Assembly: GCA_951406725.2 (NCBI GenBank)
Contig: OX597819.1
Coordinates: 70,990,001-71,054,000, forward strand
Origin: Octopus vulgaris
Taxonomy: Eukaryota
Direction of reading: 5' to 3'
Length of the DNA stretch: 64,000 nucleotides
The notes below the pieces were generated by a model. That model saw nothing but the letters and a program-made list of their open reading frames with translations. It did no database searches and was not told the DNA's origin. Made by a program: the position numbers and the translations under genes. Each line of letters begins with the position of its first letter. Positions within the stretch are counted from its first letter, which is position 1. Below are positions 52,859-64,000 of this stretch, one piece after another.

Positions 52859-55753
52859 CTAAAAATAAAAACAAAATTCTTTAAAATAAAGTATTTTTGT
52901 GGTAGAAACAAAAGATAAAAGAAATGCTTGTTCAGTATGACTGACTGGAACATGGTTGTGCAACCGATTATTAAAATAAAGGTACTGAATACTGTGCTCC
53001 TAGACACATATTTGGTCTGAAAATAATAGGGATCCTAACTTTTGATCAAATGTCTACTCCAGTGGTTCTTGAGGAATACTGAATGTCTTCATGGCACTAC
53101 CTGCCTGATAAGAAACTCAGACATTCCCATGTCTCTAGTGATGGACTTGGAGGAATCGTTGTCAACCATGGCCTGGATCTTACAAATAAATTCAGGTGTA
53201 CTTTTCTTATCAGAATGACCAGAGTGAGTTTTAACTGGTGTCCATATAAGATTTTCTTTTTGGAAAAATTCATATGCAATAAATTGCTTTTACAATAACC
53301 AAATATCTCAAACAATTTTTTCTATACAATTCCTAATAAAATTTGGTTCTCAAAATAGAAAGGGATTTGGTACTTTTTGGCTATCTCCCCCAACTAAAAA
53401 AAATTGCTTAACCCTCAATAAATAAAAAAAAAAAAAATGAAAAGCGAAAAGATTAAATATCTTAAAGAATTTGATAATATTTTTATAACAAATCATACAA
53501 AAATGAAAAAATTAAACATCTTATTGAATCTCTTTTACTTGTTTCAGTCATTTGACTGTGGCCATGCAGGAGCACTACCTTTAATCGAACAAATCGACCC
53601 CAGAACTTATTCTTTGTAAGCCCAGTACTTATTCTACCAGTCTCTTTTGCCAAACCGCTAAGTTATGGGGACATAAACACACCACCATTGGTTGTAAAGC
53701 GATGTTGGGGGGGACAAACACAGACACACAAACACATGCATATATATGAAAGGCTTCTTTCAGTTTCCATCTACTAAATCCACTCACAAGGCTTTGGTCG
53801 GCCCAAGGCAATAATAGAAGACACATGCCCAAAGTGCCACGCAGTGGGACTGAACCTGGAACCATGTGGTTGGTAAGCAAGCTACTTACCACACAGCCGC
53901 TAACAAATCATACCATGCCTGTTGAGGAGGCCAAAAGTCAACAATATGTTGAAGTATTGAATCAAAAGGATCTAACTCTTTTAATCCAATCTCTTGTCGC
54001 CTCATAAACACAACATATTAGTGGGGAGATGACCCAGGAGTTAACCAAAGCAGAATAGGAATCAAAGGGGTGCCTAGGTGAAAAATGGTTGAGAACCACA
54101 AGTTTACTCAATCAGGAATGACCAAGTTTAAACAGCAATTTTTAATTAGTTAACAAGTCATAGTTTAACTTAGGACTAAGCTGGCACATTTCTGGAGGAA
54201 AGAAAAATTATGGCTGAACTAGTAATTAACTGACACTTTGACCTCTGTCCAAAACAGTAAAAGTTGATCTGGGTGGTATTCGAACTCATGATACTAATAA
54301 TGGTGTAACTGCAGTTTGGTGTCCCTCTCCTACGAATTACTCACCTCTCAATTGTCAGAAAAATGCAGATTTCTTAACGTAAAAGTTTGCAAAGATACAT
54401 TCTTGGGGATGTCGAGTACAATTTATGTTGATAACATTTAATTTTAAAAGAAGTTTTGGAATGTTCTTTCCACCTCTAGACATTGTTTCCTCATAACTCT
54501 TTAAAATGCATACTTTTATCAAATCACTTGCAATACTGAGTTACAGTCCTTTATGTTTTGAGTTCGAATCCCATCGAGGTTGACTTTATATTTTCATCCT
54601 TTCGAGGACCATAAAACAAAGAATCAGTCAAGAACTGGGGGTTGATGCAAGCGACTTTCCCTTCTCCTCAAAATTTCTGGCTTTACTTAAGCGAAGTAAA
54701 AATATACGAAGATTTTGTATTTATCCACCTGTAAGAGTCTTTTACTATAACCTCGGGCCGACCAGAACCTTGTGAGTGGATTTGGTAACCTTGTTCGACG
54801 AAAAACCTTCAGGTTATTTAAAACTCACGTGAAGGAAACCTTTCAGGTTTTTTCTTTTTTTATCTTTATCAATACACCTGTCTCAGTAGACAGGTGTAAT
54901 AGTAAACAAAAATTATCGGAAAATGGCACGGAATTTAAGGGTTGGAGTGACAAAAATGTAAAAAAAAAATGAAATTCTTTCACAAACGGAAACCACCATC
55001 CAATTCCTTGTTAGTATTCTTTCTCCATGAGGTTATGATAGCTATTCTGAAAATCTGTCGATCGGGTATTACACCCTTCTTGCAAGACGGGTGTAAAAGA
55101 AAAAAGAAATAGCGGAGACAGGTATCTCAGATGATATCGAGATATTCATCGATAACCAACTCAAAGACAAAAATCGATAAACATTAACAAAATAAATCAG
55201 ATATGTTACAAAGGTTTCCTTAATTCCGTCTCCCCTCCAGTTGTTAAAAGTACAAGAAAGTCGTGAAGGTCACATTGCCGTGTAAAATGTTGGTTTATCC
55301 TTGATCGAACAAATAAAAGAGAAACAAGTCTTCTACCTTTAAATAAGAAAAACTAAAATAATGTGTTAAGAAGATGAAAATTATATTAAGAAATAAAGAG
55401 AAAAGAATATTTAGAATTCTTAGAGAATGGTAAGTTTTATATAAGAGGTTATATGTTAAATGTACAACAGACTTATGGACTTGGTTTAATTAATCTGCTA
55501 ATTTGATCTTGGAAGAAAGCTATTCTGTTACACCTTTTGTTCCCGATGAGCCAAAGGCAAAACAGAATATATATTTTGACGGAATAACGATTATGGAATA
55601 AATATTATTTTATATTCATTCTCAGACTTATTTTGGAGTAGTTTACTCTAAGTGGATAGGTCAGTGCTTGTTTTTGAACTTGTCATCCCCTGAAATAATG
55701 GAGGAAAGCTTAATTATGACTCTTAGACAGACGATATAAACAAACAGACTTAC

Positions 55754-55838
55754 GTGGCCCATAATAAGTGCCTGGATTATAAGGTCCATGGATCTTAGGA
55801 TTGTATTCTGCTGGAAGGGTCCCGACTGAAGCTCCCAT
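55754..55838 (-). CDS. ATP5MF: ATP synthase subunit f, mitochondrial, coding exon 1 (MGASVGTLPAEYNPKIHGPYNPGTYYGP)
   Basis: Manual translation: ATG at 55838 in aagATGG context; PAEYNPKIHGPYNP matches the invertebrate subunit f N-terminus (PAEYNPKVHGPYDP type); GTAAGT donor at 55753, phase 1. Confidence 0.93.
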
Positions 55839-56150
55839 CTTAGTTCTGCAAGGAGACCAACGCTGTCTGAGTCTGCGCAGTAAGGTTTCCTGTTCACTAA
55901 TTAGCTCCCCTTAAGAGCAGCAGCTTGAGAGAAACGTGAAGTGTCGGGGAGGGAGGAAGGACGAGGGAATACCGGGCGTAATTTATTCCGATTTTCTTTT
56001 TCGCATTCTCAAGTTCGATACAATAAAATACCAATTTTAAGTCGATCGTATTGACTCAGAAATCATTAATCGTACTTCTCATCGAACTGCGATACCCGCT
56101 TCACTCTTTTATTCTTTTTACTCGATTTTTGTCGTGGTTGCTACATTGCT
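55839..56150 (-). promoter_or_regulatory. Probable 5' UTR/promoter region of ATP5MF
   Basis: SINE-free, locally GC- and CpG-enriched sequence directly upstream of the ATG. The tctccttgcag just before the ATG could alternatively be an acceptor for a non-coding first exon. Confidence 0.5.
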
Positions 56151-56351
56151 AGTTAATTCGTGTGGTGGTTAACTAGTATATAAATTTAATCAACATTAAT
56201 TTATATTAATTACATCGCCGTAGAATATTAACTGAAAGATTTATGCAGAATAGCTTTTAAAATTTTGGACAACAACGATGTCGTTTGCTGAAGTGAAATC
56301 ACACGGAACTAAACAATGGAACAGAAACATCAGAAGGAAGGGGTAATATAT

Positions 56352-56908
56352 CTACTCAAGTGTGCACCCGACCTCCAACTTTTTTTCTTCATAACTTTCA
56401 GAAATATTGATATTTTTCAATGAAATTTTCTACAAATACGCTTCAGACGGTATCAATTCCAGTCATATCGGAATTTGTTTTGAAAAAGTTTTCCGAGGGT
56501 GAGGAGTGGAGTTTCCGGAAATTTATACCAGTTGAACTTGTTTCCTCATAACTTTACGAAAATGCGTGTTTTAAAATTAAATTTACTACAAATATCTTTC
56601 AGAGTGTGTAAATTACGATTATATCGGAATTTGATATAACAAGACAAATTAGTGAACATGCACATATACTTATTGATACACGTCACAATGTTTTATCGAA
56701 ATTTCAAGTTTCATTTTGTAGATATATGTGACGTGTGCCAGTATGTATGTGTGCTAGCTCATCAACTTATATTTTTACATATCAAATTCTGATATATTTA
56801 GAATCTACACCATCTGGATGGTATTTGTAGAAACCTTCATTCAAAAATATCCATTCTTCCGAAAGTTATGAGGAAACAAATTTGGCGGAGGTAGGGCACT
56901 CTTGTATA
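56352..56908. mobile_element. Palindromic non-autonomous DNA transposon
   Basis: Terminal ~130-bp imperfect inverted arms, an internal duplication of the left subterminal block (56540-56640) and a central IR (acacgtcaca / tgtgacgtgt). Confidence 0.65.
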
Positions 56909-57846
56909 GGTCTGCCGAAAATGTCATGTGTAATATTTGCAACAATACAAATGGTACGGGCGATTAGTTGGCTTGCAGCACGTGTTCGATTTCTACTTGA
57001 AGTGAAGTATTTTGCAATTGGACCGTAAATAAAAAAGATTCCACATTTTTATTAAGGCGAAAATAAGATAGATTCTTTTTCTACTTGTTATCTACAACTT
57101 CAAACCATAAATGAAACATAGTTTTATTATTATTAAAATTGTGAGAATTTTTAAAAAATACATTTACAATGCTAAGTATGTACAAAATAATTTATTGTAA
57201 AAAACATCTTTAGCCAGCATCTTAAGAGTTTTTAGAAATGGAAAAGTAAACCAAAATGTAACCCAAAGCAATCTTCCTTTAATTTGTAGATCACATACTA
57301 AAGTAGTACCAAAAGATAATTTTATGGAAAAAGAAAAAATAAAGAAATGAAAACCCTAACATTTCTATGCGATTTGATTAATTATTGGCAACAGGTGACG
57401 AACGAAATCGTTACCGTGTTTGTGTATGGAGTATAGATATCCGTTCATTTGTGTGTATGTGTGTGAGAAAAAGAGAGCGAGAGCGAATAATGGAGATGCT
57501 GTAATCTACTATTTGCCTAGTGGCATAGTGATGAAGGCATTGGGATCAAGATGCTCAGCCCATGCAGGGCGTTTAACTTTGAGCAAGGCACTTCGTCTCA
57601 CAGGATCTGGAATTATCGAGATCTGGAATTTCCGGAATCTGAAATTATCCAGTAAATTTTTTTGCTAGTTTATTTTGTCTCTTTGTCTTCTCTCCTGGTG
57701 CTGTATGAACATTTAATGTGGTTTCAGAGTAAAGTTTTGGCTGCTATTTCTAGCGTGGTGGTATCTCTCAGATACCCTTGATTATAATTTTAATAATTAA
57801 TTATTACCTTTGATAATAAGATAGGTATTTTAAATAACGATCTTAT

Positions 57847-57899
<53 letters not shown>

Positions 57900-57905
<6 letters not shown>

Positions 57906-58101
57906 GTCCCAGAAGTCGCGCACCATTCTGGTTTTCATTTAAAATACTTAAAGCATTTTATTATATTACATTTTTTTCAGCGTGTTTTATTGTAGAGTGT
58001 GCTCAATTTGTTACAATTAATTTCAATAAAGTGTTTTTGAAATCAATAAGGGTGTATTCTTTTAAAAAACCAGGATGGTGCGCAACTCCTGGGACACCCT
58101 G
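57900..58101. mobile_element. Tc1/mariner-type MITE inserted at a (TA)n tract
   Basis: About 35-bp TIRs agggtgtcccagaagtcgcgcaccattctggtttt / aaaaccaggatggtgcgcaactcctgggacaccctg. Confidence 0.8.
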
Positions 58102-58777
58102 TTTATACACATGATGGACTCTCCCGCCGAAAACGACGTATGAGCGTTCAGCTTTGGCCAAATGACCTTCACAAATGATTTGTTTATAGTGACCAAAAGT
58201 TTGGGCCGCACATTAGCTCACTCTTTCCATCAAGTCGGCGTTGTCTGAACAGGTGTCACAGTGTGCCACGCGTCAAGTGTTGAAGTAATGGCAGAGCAAA
58301 AGGAAATGAAGAGTTTTGCTCAAGAACAGAACGCACCACCCGGTCTATGAATTGAAATCGTGAGTGCAACACTTAAGTGCTGACGCACGAAACTCTACAA
58401 CTTTGAGTCACTCTGTTACTTCTGCCAAAATATTAATAAAAAGGAACGGCTGTGTGGTAAGAAGCTTTCTTCTCCACCACATGCTTCCAGGTTCAATCCC
58501 GCTGCGTGGCACATTGGGCAAGAGTCTTCTTCTATAGACTCGAGCCAACCGAAGCTCTGCGAATAGAATTGGTAGACGGAAACAGAAAGAATCCCATCGA
58601 TTTTAATAATAATAAAATACAGTACTGTACTGTATTTTATTATTACTATTTTTATAAATTTGTATATATTTATTTTATAATAAATGCACAACACCACCAC
58701 GGATGAATCGACATAAGCTTACATAATAAACCGCGATAGGTGAATCGCGATATGGCGAGGGGTTACTATATTTGTTT

Positions 58778-60030
58778 AGAAGAAGAAAACGCGATGATAA
58801 AGATGTTAAAGGCAGATTCTACAAATTCTATGCTAAATCGAATAAATTACCTTTATCAAGTAAAAAAACCCCTCAAAACTCGCGTCTCTAGAGTTATCCT
58901 TTCGCTACCCAACAACCTTTCCTATCTATCAAATATTTTTATTCAATTATTTTCTGTTGTTTTTATAAATTAAAATTTTAAAAAATTAATACTTGAAGGG
59001 AAAAAAAGCAAGTATTCTCCCCTTTTATGTAAGAGTTATGTCCCTGTAATTGCTATTCGACTCGTTTTTTGGAACGATACCTATGTATTCGGTTGGGGCA
59101 TAGTTATTACGGCTTTATTTCAACAAGTTTTGTTCAACAAAAACAATAACAACATGTAATAAAAACATCTTTAAATGATTATTCTGGAACATATTCACCA
59201 TCGACTTCAATTACTGCTTCCCATTTGCTTGGCAGACAGTCAGACTGTCATTTGAAGACGTTTTTGCTAAATATTGTTATTGTTGAATAAAATTTGTTGA
59301 AAAAAAAAAGCTGCAATAATCATGCACCAACCCAATACACACACATACATGTATATATAGCATTATATAGCTATTTGAAATAGCAATTACAGGGACATTA
59401 CAGATGCATTTATTTCCCTTTAAGTTAAAATCTTTAAAAAATTACAAAAATTGACATACGAAGAAAATAGACAGGAAAGGTCGGCGAGCTGGCAGAAACG
59501 TTAGCACGCCGGGCGAAATGCGTAGCTGTATTTCGTCTGCCGCTACGTTCTGAGTTCAAATTACGCCAAGGTCGACTTTGCCTTTCATCCTTTCGAGGTC
59601 GATTAAATAAGTGCCAGTTACGCACAGGGGTCGATATAATCGACTTAATCCGTTTGTCTGTCCTTGTTTGTCCTCTCTGTGTTTAGCCCCTTGTGGGTAG
59701 TAAAGAAATAGGTATTTCATCTATCTTTACGTTCAGAGTTCAAATTCCGCCGAGGTCGACTTTGCCTTTCATCCTTTCGGGGTCGATAAATTAAGTACCA
59801 GTTACGCACTGGGGTTGATGTAATCAACTCAATCCCTTTATCTGTCCTTGTTTGTCCCCTCTATGTTTAGCCCCTTGTAAGCAATAAAAAAATGAGATAG
59901 GAAAGGTTGTTGGGTAAGGAAAGGATTGCTCTGAAGATTCGGGCTATATATTTGTTTTCTTTTATTGGATTTAGCGTAGAATTTGTAGATCCTGCCTTTT
60001 AAATCCCTTATCATTGCGATTTTTTTTTCT
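58778..60030. mobile_element. Long foldback element with nested MITE and SINE dimer
   Basis: 58778-58930 is inverted relative to 59893-60030; inner perfect 20-bp IR atgtccctgtaattgctatt / aatagcaattacagggacat. Confidence 0.7.
59088..59335. mobile_element. Mariner-type MITE
   Basis: TIRs ttcggttggggcatagttattacggc / gctgcaataatcatgcaccaacccaa with TA on both sides. Confidence 0.75.
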
Positions 60031-60819
60031 AATGAAAAGGTCATCAGAGTTTTGAAATGGAAAGCGATAAACATTTTTGTTTAAAAATTGGATCGCAAAA
60101 AAAAAATAATAATAAAGAAAATAATTAGAGTAATTTCCGAGTGAAAAACATAAAAAAAAAAATTAAATGAATATATATTGGAGTTGAAGTGTTTGTGTGT
60201 GTATACACACATAATATATGTATGTATATGTGTGCAAGTACGATGTATGTATATACATATCTTTTATCTTTTACTTGTTTCACGCATTAGACTGCAGCCA
60301 TACTGGGGCACCGCCTTGAATTTTTAGTCGAATGAATCGGCCCCAGCACTTATTTTGTTAAGCCTGGTACCTATTCGATCGGTCTCTTTTGCCGAACCAC
60401 TAATTTACCGGTGTGTGTGTGTGCGTGCGTGTGTGTGAGTGTGTGTGTGTCAGCGTTTGACTTGTATAAATATTAAATCTCTCCCTCGAAATTCTTGGAT
60501 TTCTCGCTCATGGATTTCCTGTACGTACGTACGTATGTATGTATGTATGTATGTATGTATGTATGTATGTATAGTATTTACTTGAATGTTTGTTTGCGTG
60601 TGTATGTGTGAGTGCGTGTGTGTATGTGCGTGCTCGCGCAACATGAAATTTGGTTATGTGAATTCCCGCCAAAATGTATTGCCGAGGGTCGTTGAAGCTT
60701 TGCTGCTGCTGATTGCCACGTCAGCAAATAATGATTGGCTGATAACCATTTACGTACGCAAGCGTGCTTCTATGGAGGCTCAACGGAGGTTAAACACTTA
60801 GCCATGTCTGATGGAATTG

Positions 60820-61762
<943 letters not shown>

Positions 61763-62115
61763 ATATTATCTATAGTTAATATCTAATTGGACTCACACCT
61801 TTTTCTCATAAGAATAAATATGAATCTCTTAGATTCTATTCCTCTGCTATTTCCTTTTTCAAGTTCATTGTAAATTTTGTTTATACTTCCTGCACTGAAG
61901 AGTACATTGATATACATAATTAATTAATTAATCAATTTAATTAATTTAACCTTATTCAATTCCATCATGAATTTGCTTGATTTTTATATCTCTGTACGAA
62001 ATGATCGTCTGCATGAATTAAAATTCTCTTATATTTTGTAACAACTTATCTTCTCCACTTTTAACTAAATTGAAGACTTCTATGGGATTTCTTTCCATAG
62101 ATTCACCACACATCA

Positions 62116-64000
<1,885 letters not shown>

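Noticed and set aside
55661-55897. 78-aa ORF MNRKPYCADSD...
   Set aside because: Wrong frame; the overlapping frame starting at 55838 encodes the recognisable subunit f exon.

Overview
Eukaryotic, AT-rich, repeat-dense genomic DNA. The SINE families and (TA)n/(CA)n density resemble octopus (coleoid cephalopod) DNA; this is an inference from recalled repeat families, not a database match. Nearly all supplied ORFs are artefacts of SINEs and microsatellites. Two real spliced genes, largely missed by the ORF track, face each other. (1) On the minus strand is a complete 4-exon mitochondrial ATP synthase subunit f gene (55838->48797, 108 aa, GT-AG introns, all phase 1). (2) On the plus strand is the 3' end of an unidentified gene, with phase-compatible exons at 7183-7295, 18622-18683 and 37853-37960 and sequence evidence for alternative C-termini at 28839 and 40616. 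The remainder is nested tRNA-SINEs, RTE-derived non-autonomous elements, mariner/hAT/piggyBac MITEs, foldback palindromes, a HERO-like LINE fragment and minisatellites. The most unusual signals are a tRNA-headed SINE carrying a minimal hammerhead ribozyme core, further hammerhead-like cores, and the alternative terminal-exon architecture of the plus-strand gene. I see no convincing evidence of a wholly new biological system.
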